A DNA stretch of 61,703 nucleotides, filler included, from Dugesia japonica (Eukaryota), in NCBI GenBank assembly GCA_001938525.1. It is 6 parts of 6 records of this genome, joined end to end, with 100 filler letters (N's around TTAATTAATTAA, not from the genome) between each part and the next. Parts side by side here need not be neighbours in the genome. Positions count along the whole stretch, not along the records: positions 40,300 to 52,483 come from MQRL01601939.1; positions 52,584 to 61,703 come from MQRL01647312.1; 4 more parts are not named here. One strand, given 5' to 3'. The notes under the pieces were generated by a model. It did not search any database. It was given only the letters and a program-made list of their open reading frames with translations, and was not told the origin of the DNA. How positions within the stretch are numbered: the stretch's first letter is position 1; each line of letters begins with the position of its first letter. Made by a program: the position numbers and the translations under genes. This document shows, one piece after another, positions 49,841 through 61,703 of the stretch.

Positions 49841-49963
49841 TTTTAATGAAATTTAATAAATGAGTGTGTATATATACATATTTTTTAGAAATAAAATTAA
49901 TTGATTCATTTAAACAAAGAAAAATAGTATTATAAACAATGTATTAAATTACATCTATATAAA

Positions 49964-50535
49964 ATGGAGTTGAGAAATGATGCTGTTTATCAAATTGTCG
50001 GTCCAAGTGGTAGTGGAAAAACCTTGTTCGTATGCAAGTTACTAAAATCTAACTTATTTAAATCAAAATTTAACAAAATATATTTGCACAGAGGTGCAGA
50101 TGAAAAGCATGAGTTATCACAATCAGAACTTTGTAACATTAAAATGAAAATTATAAAGGGATTTGATTCTAATTGGAGCAAGAGATTGAAGCCGGGTGAT
50201 GTTATCGTAGTTGATGATCTGTATCAAGAGGGTAATAAAGAAAAAGACTTAAATAATTTATTTACAAAAATAAGCAGACATTGTATTGTGACTGTGATAT
50301 TTATTACTCAAAACTTATTCCATCAAGGAGTAAGTCATAGGACACGTAATTTAAATGTACAATACCTGGTTCTATTTAAAAATCCAAGAGACCAAACAGT
50401 TGTGTAATTTTTAGCAACAATAAATCTACATAGTTAATTTTTCTCAACTTTACACAACAATGTCCAGACGAATTGAGGGTGAGAACCAATATTTTCAATC
50501 TTGATATTGTTACTGTGTATAAACAAACTAAGTAA
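49964..50535 (+). pseudogene. Polinton packaging ATPase
   Basis: Walker A GPSGSGKT, Walker B VIVVDD, LFTKISRH..VIFITQNLF, LNVQYLVLFKNPRD. 3' part deleted. Confidence 0.93.
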
Positions 50536-50785
50536 TTATTATATTGTAAAATGACGAAACCTAAAAAAAATATAGTTGATCAGATCAAAATTATTCCTAA
50601 AATGAAGAAAGATAAACGATCAAAAAAGAATATTGTAAAAAAAAGAGTGGAAAGAGGAAACAAAGTAAACAGTTGAACATTTTTAAGAAACTTTCAAAAT
50701 TCCATGGTAAGAAAATCAAGAACATAAACGGAAAATGGACATCATTATAAACAAATATGGGTAAGTTATATTATTAAAGAATAAA

Positions 50786-51066
50786 ATGAAAATTCAACTA
50801 AGTAATTCATTTTTTACATCATTAATTAAATCGTCAAAATCAGCGAGAATGCAAATTTGATATCATTTCCAACCTTTGTTTTGGATGATTTAATTAAAAT
50901 TATTATAAATATTGTTCGCGAAAATGTAAATGTGAGCAATGATAGAAAGGAAGTATTGAAAAAAAATAAAAGAACGCTATTAACACTTGTAAATACAAAA
51001 AATAAGAAATTGATAAGGCGAATAATACGAGATAATCAAGGAGAAGTTTTCATCAAATTCATGTAA
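50786..51066 (+). pseudogene. Small basic conserved Polinton protein
   Basis: IIINIVRENVNVS..KEVLKKNKRTLLTL pattern, located between the ATPase and integrase. Confidence 0.5.
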
Positions 51067-51099
51067 TGGGCAAGCTGAAGCAGATTTGGACGGATGCAG

Positions 51100-51760
51100 A
51101 AAGTCCCGCAGGTTTTTTTTGCGTAGATAAATTAATAAAAGCAGCACAAAAAACAAAAACAAAGACAAAAACGTGGTTATCGGGTCAACTAGAGTAAAGT
51201 TTGAACAAACCAATGTTGAAAATATTTCCAACAAGAGCATATAATACGTTTGGTATTGATGATATATGGAAAATAGATTTGATGGAGATGATCCCATATT
51301 CAAAAATAAATAAAGGATACAAATATATTTTAACATTTATTGATGTATTCAGTCAATTTGCAAGAGCTATTCCAGTCAAATCAAAATCGGCTAATGATAT
51401 GGAAACGGCAATTAAATCAATGTTTAAAGATGGACATCCAGATAATTTACAAACAGACTTGGGTAAGGAATTTTACAACTCTAAAGTCAAAAGTCTTTTA
51501 TCAAATCTATCCATAAACCATTGTACCGTATTCTCTCTCTCAGTATAAAGCAGCACATGCAGAATGATTTAATCGCACACTAAGAGATGCTTTAAAAAAA
51601 TACTTTGTGTATACTGGCAATAAAATCTGGATAAATGTATTGTCAAAATTAATTCATATTTATAATCATTCAAGCCATAAATGTTTAAATGGAGCAAGAC
51701 CGGTTGATTTAAGTTCAAACAATGAACTCAAATTACGGTTATCGCGCGATCAAATCAAAT
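51100..51760 (+). pseudogene. Polinton rve integrase
   Basis: GIDDIWKIDL..NKGYKYILTFIDVFS..LQTDLGKEFYN..KAAHAE*FNRTL. Confidence 0.92.
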
Positions 51761-51799
51761 TATGAAGTAAGTTATCTATTTATTATCAAAGTTTACTTT

Positions 51800-52130
51800 A
51801 TTAGTTCTTTTCAGGCTAATCAAATTGGATCAAAATTTTTGGGATCATCGTGGTTGGGAGTTAGACAAACACCCATATTTTCCAGTTAATAAAGCCCTAA
51901 TCGTCATAATGATACATCAAATCTTGGTGGAGAACATTAATTAGCAGTTTATCATAAGCCTGAAATTATTTCAGTTTTTGATCCGCTTGGATTTTATTAT
52001 CCACATATATTGATCTCACATCTCTCAAAAATATTAAAGCCAATTGAATATAACAAAATTAGATTTCAAAATCCGTTTACAACAACATGCGATCAACATT
52101 GTCTATTGTGGCTTAAAAATCAACATTCTA
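51800..52130 (+). pseudogene. Polinton adenain-like protease, absent from the ORF track
   Basis: Manual translation: NDTSNLGGEH*LAVY..VFDPLG..EYNKIRFQNPFTTTCDQHCLLWL. Confidence 0.8.
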
Positions 52131-52483
52131 GCTGAAAATTGTCAATATGTAAAAAACATAAATCAACATTGTAGTTGAAAATGTATATGTTGTATGTGAA
52201 TAAATGTATTATATGAAATTATTATTTGATTTTATTTAATTAAAATGATAATTAAGTTGAAATATCAACAAATTATGTTTAAAATTTGTATATTATGCTT
52301 GCATCATAGTTGTTATATCAAAAATAAAATAATATTTATACAAATAAGTCTTTATTTATTTATTTTTAATTATTTTTGAAATATTATTTTACAAAGCTGT
52401 TAATTATGGTTTGTTAATTTCATCACTATGTCTTTGTGACTAATGTCTTTATTAACACAGTTAATTTCTAAAATATCTTACGT

Positions 52484-52583
52484 NNNNNNNNNNNNNNNNN
52501 NNNNNNNNNNNNNNNNNNNNNNNNNNNTTAATTAATTAANNNNNNNNNNNNNNNNNNNNNNNNNNNNNNNNNNNNNNNNNNNN
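52484..52583. other. Artificial scaffold-joining spacer
   Basis: 44 N + TTAATTAATTAA + 44 N. Confidence 0.97.
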
Positions 52584-54599
52584 ATTACTCGTAGCACAAA
52601 ATAGTTTAAAATGAACAAATAAAAATGTATTAAAACATCTAATTAAAAATAGTTAATTATAACGAATAAAATTCATATGAAAGGCATGAACCACAAAATA
52701 ATATGATGACCACAAAAATTGATAACAATTATGAGTAGTTAAAAAAAACCAATGAGATCATGCAAATGAAAAAAAGTTATAAATTGTCATTAATTGCAGA
52801 AGTTATTTCTCGAATTTGATACTCATTGCTTGAAGATAGTTTTGTCGTGCTATATTTTCTTCGGCTGGACTTGAAATGGGTGACCACTTTGGATCACCAG
52901 AAAATAAGCGAATACATTTAACATAGCCCTAGAATAAAAATACAATTTTCAATAGTTAACAATAAACTATATTAATTTTATAATTAATAAAATGATAATA
53001 ATTTTTGGTAGTATTTAGTTTTAATAACTCCAATGTAATCCATAGTACAATAAATAATAATAAATCTTATACAATAAAAAAGCGCACGAACTCACACTTC
53101 CCTCGTCAGCAAAGTGAGTTACAAATTAACAATGTAAAAAAGAGGCGATGAATTTTTGTGTATGATTACGTAAGTTAGTTGGAAAATCGTAATGTAAAAA
53201 GGCGACGAGCAAATTTATGTGCGATTTGAATTAATATTCCAAATCCATCATAGATAATATTATCCCAAGACAAAAATTAGAATCAATCACACAAAAAATT
53301 ATAATCTAACATATAAATTCAAAAAACTTAAAATTAACTTAATACACTCAATTATTTGATACAATAAAGACCTATAATATACTCAATCTACTTAATACAA
53401 TCAATATAATCTATGGATTCATCAAATTTACCTAATTTACTAAAAGCATTCAATACATTCGACTTATTTAATTCATAAAGATTACTTGATTACTCTATTC
53501 AATACAGTCATAAAGCCAATGATCATGGCAAACATAATGCACCTTACAATCTAAGCCAAATGTACTTAATAATCTGAAAAACACTCAGAAATCTAAATAA
53601 ACCAAATATAATACACTCATGAAGCTAAACTGATCACCATAGTTAATTAATTTAATATGTTTACTTCATCAAATACAATTAATTATATCCAATCAATATG
53701 CTTAATTCATCGAGCCTACTTAATTCATAAATTAATTAATTCAATCAGATTCTATACCAAATACCCTAACTCTAATGTAACAAATGAACTCAAAAATTTA
53801 AATAGATATAAAAAACACTGAAGAAATATAAGCAGGGGCCATACTTAAAAATATCACTAGGGGCAAAAATTTCAAGAAAAACCTAGTAAAAATTAACTAT
53901 TAAATTAAGAAAATTTAAATACATCCAGGGAAAATTAACCGATGAAAAATGTTACTAGGCACAAAACTTACAAATAGCACTAGAGGTAAAAATTTTTAAA
54001 AAAATCTAACAGTTGTAAAACTCAAAAATACTATCAAGGTAAAATTTAAAAATACTAACAGAGTCAAAATTCAAAACCAATACACTAAAAATGCATCTAT
54101 GTGAAAATTTTAAAATAGACCCATGAAAAATCTTACATAAAAATTTTAATTCTAAAATTAATTGCTAAAATAAACCAATAAAAAATTATAGAGTAAAAAT
54201 TTAAACTAATTAAAATCAATAAACTCGGTTTAAAGAACAAATAATTTTTTATTTCAAAAAATTATTTAAAAAGCAATGATCAAAATTGCTGCTTTTTCAT
54301 TTTCAATATTTCGGCAACTGTTCAGTAAAGTCTTATTACAAAATTTGATATGAAAACAGATTTTAAATAAATCTGAAAAAAATCAATTTTCATTTGATTT
54401 TAATTGTAATATAAATTTTTTTCATAGATTTATATATGAATTTACCCGGTAGTATTTTTAAAAGTTAATTTTATTCGGTTAATTTTTCCAGTTAATTTTA
54501 ATATTTTATGTTCATTTAATTTTATATTTCATAATGGCACGAATTTCCGATCTTTTCATTTTAAAGATATAAAAAGCAACAGAAAATAATTACTTTCCA

Positions 54600-55400
54600 G
54601 CAGTGGTATATCACAAGTAGTTGTTGAAAACAAGTATTGGAGAGTCTAGATGATGAATAGCATACCAAGGGAGGGAAAATGTTTAAATAAATGCGCGGCA
54701 ATACCAGAGAATGATAAAAATTTACTGATTGATGACAATGATTTTACACCATGGTTTGACAACGGTGAATGAAATGTCATACGGAAGTTCGATGTGTGAA
54801 CTTATATTGGTCGGAAACACTGTCACAATTATCCAGTGGATTCTGATGACTTGCAGTTATTCAACATTGAGATACAGAGGTGGATACAGGATGGGATACT
54901 GGTTGACCGGGATTTAGAGGAAGATAGTGAGGTCAGGGGTAAAAANAAGGTGCAGGTTCTTAAATGATCAAATTGTTAGTTTCCAAGAAAGACTCAGAGA
55001 ATGGCGTATGTGTGCAGTTATGGACTTCAACAAGGCTTACTTACAAATTTGAATCTGTTTAATATAGATGATCTAGTATATTTACGATCCGCTGGTAGGT
55101 GTGATGATCTTTGGATGAGGCCACATAAAATCGCGAAGATTCACTCAGCAGTTAGTGTCAAATTGGATGAGATACGTATCCCATGTTTGGAAGTTTCAAG
55201 ATAAACATGTTTGTTCAGGAGAAGCAAACGAGAGATGAAAGCACCGATGAAAGTGAGACGGACTGACGATTACATTTTAAATGACTCGATGTCAGACGAT
55301 TATGAAGCACAATGATCAACGACTTAGAGTAGAGCGCTACCAGAATGAACGAGACGTTTACCAGCGCGTTTTAACTTCATTGATCTTGAGATATTAGATA
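54600..55400 (+). pseudogene. Internally deleted Ty3/gypsy pol remnant
   Basis: IDDNDF..WFDNGE..FNIEIQRWIQDGILV (region preceding RT), joined to an integrase C-terminus FNIDDLVYLR..LWMRPHKI. Confidence 0.6.
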
Positions 55401-55589
55401 AAAATGATTGAAATTTTGTTTAAATATTTTTATCGAAGAACACATCTGTTTGAAATTGAGTGAATACATTTTGTGACTTTTGATTTTTACTTATTAAGTT
55501 TTACATAACATAATAAAATCAGTGGTTTTTACTTGCTTTTTTGATTTTTCATAACTGTTTAAACTTTAAAAGTAACTGTTAAAAATAAC

Positions 55590-56460
55590 ATTGCCTTTTA
55601 ATAATAAAGCATAAAAAATATCCACCTCTTCCTGTTGTTCAACATGCTGCCTTTTCAAGTATTTTGATAACTTATATGGCTTCATGTTCTTTTTTTATTT
55701 CGGTTTCTATTTCATGAAGTTCAGCGTTATTTTTCGGAATCATAATATCTAAATTTTCATTTCTTAATTGATCATCGCCATAGAACCATTCTTCAATTTT
55801 ATATATTTCTGTTTTTTCTGTTGGTAAAATTATTTAAATATTTTCTTTTGTGATTACATTTATATGTTCCTCGCTAATGTCTTTGACGGCTATATTTTCG
55901 TCTAAAGCGAANAAAGTATTATTCATTGGCCATATTTTTCCATCAAGTAGCTAATATATTTGTCGAAAGCTTTGAATGTGCTTATGATAATAGATATATC
56001 ATTACCTTAACATTAATTTCTTTGAATGCATTGACAAGAGAAATGTTTTTATTTTCTATTGCATTCAGTATTTTACTTTTTAAGTTCTTTCAATAATACT
56101 TTTTTAAGCAAGAAATTACTCGTTGATCTATTGGTTGAATAAAGAATGTTATGTTTGGTGGTAAAAATTTGAGTTTTATGTCACTATGTTCTTAATCAAT
56201 AAAATGAGTTGATGCGTTATCAACTATTAAAACAGCCTTTTTGGCAATCCAATTTCCTTCAAGTATCTTTTCACACTAGGCACAAATTCTTCTTTAAACC
56301 ATTTTTCAAATAGATAGGAACTTATCCAAGCAGATGTCTGTGATCGGTAATATTTAAAAAGTTTCAATAAATCTAAAGAAATTTTTTTATTTGTTCTCGG
56401 TTTAGCATATTTACCAATGACAAATAGTGGAAGTTTATGATTTCCACTTACATTTGTACA
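55590..56460 (-). pseudogene. pogo/Tigger (DDE_1) transposase remnant
   Basis: HKLPLFVIGKYAKPR, SAWIS..FEKWF..EFVP, AVLIVDNASTH, FLPPNITFFIQPIDQ. Confidence 0.88.
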
Positions 56461-56899
56461 TTTTCCAAATTTAAAATAATTATATGATAATAGGATAAAG
56501 GTTATAATAACAAAACGCCATTATAATAAAAGAGTATTATTGTATAAGCTGTAATTATTAAAATAAAATTTTAGCAAATTAAAACAAAATAACTGAAAAT
56601 TATTGAATAATATTGTTAAAACAAAATAATAAGCTTATTAAACTCAGTAATAGTAAATTAACATAAAATAATAGTAGTATTATTATTATTATTTTAGGAA
56701 AGGGTTCATGATTATTAAATATTATTAATGAATTTATATATTATCTAAGTTAATTATTAGTAAATTAATTAAAAATTTTAATTCTTACAAGTATTAAATC
56801 CAATACCTGAAAGCGAATTAACTACATAAACCCTATAATTAATATTTTATAACATTTTTTACTGATTCAAGTTTTTTACTCACACTAATACTCTATATA

Positions 56900-58800
56900 A
56901 ACAAAATAAATTTTATGATTATTGTTTCAAATAAAGTTCAAACAAATTTATTGGCATCAAGGTGGTGGAGATGAAGCTGACTTGATTGATGGTGAATTTT
57001 GCAAGTTGAGAAAGATTACAATATTTTATGGATTCAATGATGATTGATTGAAGTGATTAAATGCTGGGGATATTTTTGTAATTGTTACTTGTTTCAAGAG
57101 GCAAATAAGTAGGCTAATATAAATAATCTCTTTACAAAAACCGCTTGTCGTGATAATGTAACTGTCATCTTCATCACACAGAATCTTTTTTATCAGGGCA
57201 TCGTGCATCGTACACTTAATCTAAAAGTCCATTATTTGGTTTCATTAAAGAATCCACGAAATCAAAACGTGGTTGATTATGTTTCTCTTCAAGCATTTTC
57301 TCAATATAAAAGATTTTTATCTGATACATTTCGTAATGTTACCACAAAAGCACATGGATATTTATTGATTGATTGCGTTCAACAATGTCCTGATAATGAT
57401 TTTCCATATGCATCGAAAATAATTTAAACTCTACATTTTTGACCATTATAAACAATTTGAGTACAATTTGATTCATTATTGAAATGGTTGATCGAGATAT
57501 TATTGCAATGTATGGGTGGAGATTTGCCATATTTTATCGGTAGTCAACAGCAAGATAGTGGAAATTGGTTGCATAGAATTGAACGAATTACAATTCCAAT
57601 TTTGCAGAAATTTTGACTTTCAATTGCAAAGTCAATGAGGCGCACAGCACTAAAGACTGTTGATGATGTTATAAGCAAGAAGCAGTCATTTAAGGAGTCA
57701 ATTAAAACCAATCAATGAATATGTTGCCGAATGTAAAGGAAAATGCATTAAATGCATTAAATGAGGTTGTTGATTGACAGCATGGTAGTGGTATACGTAA
57801 ACGGAAAAATTAAAAAACATCGACTTTAAACAAAAGACGACGTTTAGATGGAACCGTCTTTGACAAATAAGCATGTATGTCGAAAAAACTGAATTATCGC
57901 TTTTTGACCACAATATCCACAGGTCAAAGTTTAAAGAAATTTACCCAAAAGATTTTATAACCGGGTATGTTGGACAACAAATTAAATTCAATATTCTTGG
58001 TTCAGATAATGATCACTTGGATTTGAATGATACCTTGCTCATTATTAAAATTAAGACGGCGAAACATGATGGAACGGGTTTTCCATCGACTGGCATTACC
58101 GGCATAATTCCTTTCGATTATTTGCTTTAGAATATTCAATGAAGCATCATTAACGCAAAATAATGTTAAAGTGGAAGATACAAACGATACATATATGCAA
58201 AAGGTGGAAATTGAAGCAGCATTGTATTTTGGATCGGATACAAAGCCACGTTTCTTGAATCCATTGGTTATCATAAGTAAGGTGATAAAAGAAAAGGTTG
58301 GATTAAAAAATTTACAAAGCTTACGCTCCGTGGTGCACTTAATCTTGATTTATTGAATAACCAAAGTATTTGTTCCCTGGAGTTAATGTGACAACCAAGT
58401 AGACTAGAAATTAAAATTTGGACATCTGCAAGGATTGGAGCATCAAATGCACTTTACCCTTTCAAGAAAACAAAAAATCGTACATTTTACAATTCCAAAA
58501 ATTCACATGGGGAATATAAAGATAATATCTTTTCGGATCTGAGTTTACGGGGAAAAATCATTAAAATAAGCAAGTGGTGATTACGGCTAATTTTGCTCCC
58601 CATTTTCAAATTTTAGTTAAAAGTCGATATGCCTAGCAAGAAACGTTGATTGTCGAGAAAAAGATACTACTGATTTTGATATCGACTATACTGAAGCCTA
58701 TGTACAATTAATTATTTGTAACATGGGTCTGTTAAATATAGATCGCAACAATGGTAAACAATGAAGGAATTTCAAGACTCATGTTTTTCACATTTGAAAT
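56900..58800 (+). mobile_element. Polinton remnant related to the scaffold-E lineage (ATPase, core protein, major capsid)
   Basis: VTVIFITQNLFYQG..KNPRNQ (57130-57430); GGDLPYFIGSQQQDSG (~57515); MCP start KTELSLF..IKFNILGSDNDHLDLNDTLL (57873 onward). Confidence 0.85.
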
Positions 58801-59436
58801 TAAGAATTTTCAAGAAAATCTATGGTCTCTTAGTAGCTTAATCAAGAAATGAGATAACGTGCAAATGATCGAAGCGTCGGGCTGGCACAAGGGCTATTTT
58901 TACTTTTATTATGCGCACCGAACGACAACTGACAAGTTTATGAAAATCCTGGCACTTGTGATAGATAAAGTCATTCCCAGTAGCATTTGTGGCACTCAAT
59001 GCAACTGAAAACGTTGGCTATTACTGGTATAACATAAAGTTCAAATTGAAAGCATCGACATCATCATATCGTTATTAAAAATTCAATTTCTCTATTTATT
59101 CAATGTTAATTGAACAAGTATTTTTATGTGAAAACATTTTTAATTTTTGCATTAAATATTTTTTTTTATATATTTAATAACTTAAAGAGAGATGTTTTGA
59201 GAGAGAAAAGATCAGAACGATATTTTCATATCTACTAGCTATATTCATATTGTAAATACTGAAAAAGTTGAGAAATATGATCAAAATTAATTTTGTTTAT
59301 ACATTTATTTGCTCAATATTAAAAATATCTTTAGAATACGTTAACCTCAAACTAATTAGAAATAATTTTCTTGGTATTAAGAATTAATAAAACAAATACC
59401 TTAAAAATTTTCTTAAAAAAATTTAAAAAATCATAC

Positions 59437-59953
59437 ATTATTATCTAATGAAAATCTGTGATAAATTCCAGCAGGAATTATTAACAAATCTCCTGGTGAA
59501 ACCTGAATTCGAATCCATCCATCAGATATATTGCGAACATCGAGATATGCTGATCCATCAATTATAAATCTAGCTTGGTCATCTTCATGCAAATGTTCAT
59601 CGAATAATACTTTTGTCTTCAAAATATTCGAAAAATAAAGTTTTTAATTAAAGTAGTACCAGTTTTTCGAAGTCAGAAGTCTCGTATTTTTTTAAGTCGA
59701 TTAAATCCTCATTAATGAATCCTCTTTCGCTTTTAAGTTTCTGATAAAAACTCCCATCTTCTTCATAAGATTCTAAATTAATCTAATTGTATTAATTTAA
59801 ATTGAAATTTTCATTCATAATAAATATTCAGACTCTGAAATATTCAACTCCTGTAGATTCTTTCATTAGATCTAATGCTTGATAACTTGAAAACATTTCG
59901 GCTTCTGATATTTCATAGTTAGAATTATCTTTAAGATTCCAAAATTTAACCAT
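59437..59953 (-). CDS. ADI1: Acireductone dioxygenase (ARD/cupin); three exons seen, last exon not identified
   Basis: Exons 59953-59834, 59782-59660 and 59616-59437 join in frame across GT-AG introns of 51 and 43 bp. Motifs: [46 protein letters not shown]. Confidence 0.88.
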
Positions 59954-61703
59954 GTTTTTTAACTTCTTGATTTAATAAAAAAAATTTAAATATATAATAT
60001 ATAAATATATAGTTTTAATGACAGAAAACAAAGCCATTGTCATTTAAAATTAACTTTTTATGAAATCTTTATATTTGATAAACTAATTAGTTTAAAATAT
60101 TCTAAATAAAATATTTAAATAATCCGTCGTAATATAAGGGTTTACTAAATATATTAACGTTTCATGAAATAGAAGAAATATATTAAAGAATCCATTAATT
60201 ATGTCAACAAAATCGGTGGTGGCAGTTTGTAGTAGTTTGACAATTGTTGACTAATGGGAGTTAAAAATTGCGTGAAAATTGTTGACATAATTAGTTGACA
60301 GTCTCTAATTGGAAATTTTAAATGTGAAAATTTATCCATTAAATACTAAAATATACAATTATAATGTGGATTCTAAAATTATTTTAACATTGTAGAAATC
60401 AATTTTTCACTTTTGTTTGATTTCTATAGATCTGCTTAAAAATTTTACATTATATCTTAAATCTATTATGGCTATTAATATCTATTTCATATAGGTGGAA
60501 GCCCGTAGAAACCACAAGTATTTAGATCAGTGTCCATAGATTGTCTTCAGAACCGCTTCAATGACTTCCATCTGACCTGAAATTCTTGTATCACTCCATT
60601 GATTTTGGTCCAGTGTTGGATTCCCATGCAACTTTTTTCTGCAATAAGAATATCGAAATGGATGATAATTTTCTTTTTTGCCATTCATATAAATATAATT
60701 AGATTATTATCGTCAGATTAAATTTGTTTTTTTATAGAGTTAATTGTAATGTAGCTTAATTAATCAAAAAGTTTTAAATAAATTTTAAAGCAAAAGTGCA
60801 TGTAATTAGCATAATTTATTTTGCAGCAAAAAAAATCGGAAATCATTATAAACTTAATATTTGCTTATATTTTCTTAGTGGTGATGAAACTCTTCTTCCA
60901 GATCATCTACTAAGTTCCAAGAACGACTCGAGGTAGCGATCTTATTCCTCTTAAGCTTTTACATTTTCTTTCCATTTTCTTTAATTTCTTATTTCACCGC
61001 TTGTCATCATTCTCACGACTGCGATGTCTAACATGGTTGTCTTTGTTAGTTTTTCAATTTAGTATTTATAAATTTTAGTTCTACTGACTTAACATTAGTA
61101 GATATTATACATTTTAAATACAGAAAGTATCAGTACCTTACCTACATTATTCGTATGAATATATTCTTTTCATAGGTCTTGAAATTCTTTATTCGTCATG
61201 AATAATAATTCATTTTCTTTTAAATTTATACGTTGGTCTGCTTTTTAAGTAATTCCTAAAGATTCTAGCAATTATCTCAAAGAATAGAGGATTTCTATGC
61301 TACCAACTTGTAAAAAAAATATATTCTTAATCTGTTTTTGCTAATAGTTATATCTAATTTGTTACATCTAACATCTCAAATAATCACTCAATCAAGAACG
61401 TAAATTCTTGTAAGAATACTTTATTAACTTTATAACAAGGTTATTGTGTATTCGCACTTTAAGCAAACTTATGATAATTTATAATTGTCATAGTGCAGGT
61501 GTGTAATACTATTTCGTATAACACACACCTGCACTAGTGTTTCAAATGCGGGTACCCGATACGCTGTGTGTTTTTTTCGAGTATTTTATCCGAATAACAA
61601 ATCTTTGATGTTCAAATAATTTCCCTTCCAATTTCTCATTTTAAATTGTTCATCATTTCTATCACTCAGAATACTATACGTTTACAGATGGTGCTTTTAG
61701 CCA

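Larger units (their letters stand above)
48100..52200. mobile_element. Decayed Polinton of a second lineage (TBP-like, ATPase, small ORFs, integrase, protease)
   Basis: Three Polinton core genes in a row; ATPase and integrase are very divergent from those of scaffold A. Left boundary is uncertain. Confidence 0.85.

Noticed and set aside
49841-49963. TATA boxes in the TBP-like/ATPase spacer as targets of the element's TBP
   Set aside because: TATA-like words are expected by chance in DNA this AT-rich.
60480-61610. Possible hAT fragments (WSDTRI..EAV; TAGTGTT..CGGGTACCCG end)
   Set aside because: Motifs are too short and no partner terminus or TSD was found.

Overview
This is not one locus. 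It is six unrelated ~9-12 kb scaffolds from a very AT-rich animal genome, joined by artificial 100-bp spacers (44 N + TTAATTAATTAA + 44 N): A 1-9691, B 9792-18594, C 18695-29115, D 29216-40199, E 40300-52483, F 52584-61703. The 43-51 bp spliceosomal introns, (ATT)n tract, mariner TIR and giant Ty3/gypsy suggest a planarian-type flatworm (inference). Nearly everything is decayed mobile DNA: two distinct Polinton/adintovirus lineages (A and C; E and F), a full-length piggyBac, several Ty3/gypsy remnants, mariner, pogo/Tigger and hAT remnants, and a Penelope-like GIY-YIG fragment with a minimal hammerhead ribozyme. One recognisable host gene is present (ADI1/ARD-like). There are two highlights. 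(1) A TATA-binding-protein (TBP)-like gene, missed by the ORF track, lies head-to-head with the packaging ATPase in the scaffold-E Polinton. (2) Scaffold D holds a giant gypsy-like polyprotein ordered Gag/CCHC - ubiquitin/SUMO-like domains - Bcl-2-like domain - chuvirus/gB-type fusion glycoprotein - protease - second protease. All homology calls were made by eye from motifs; no searches were run.
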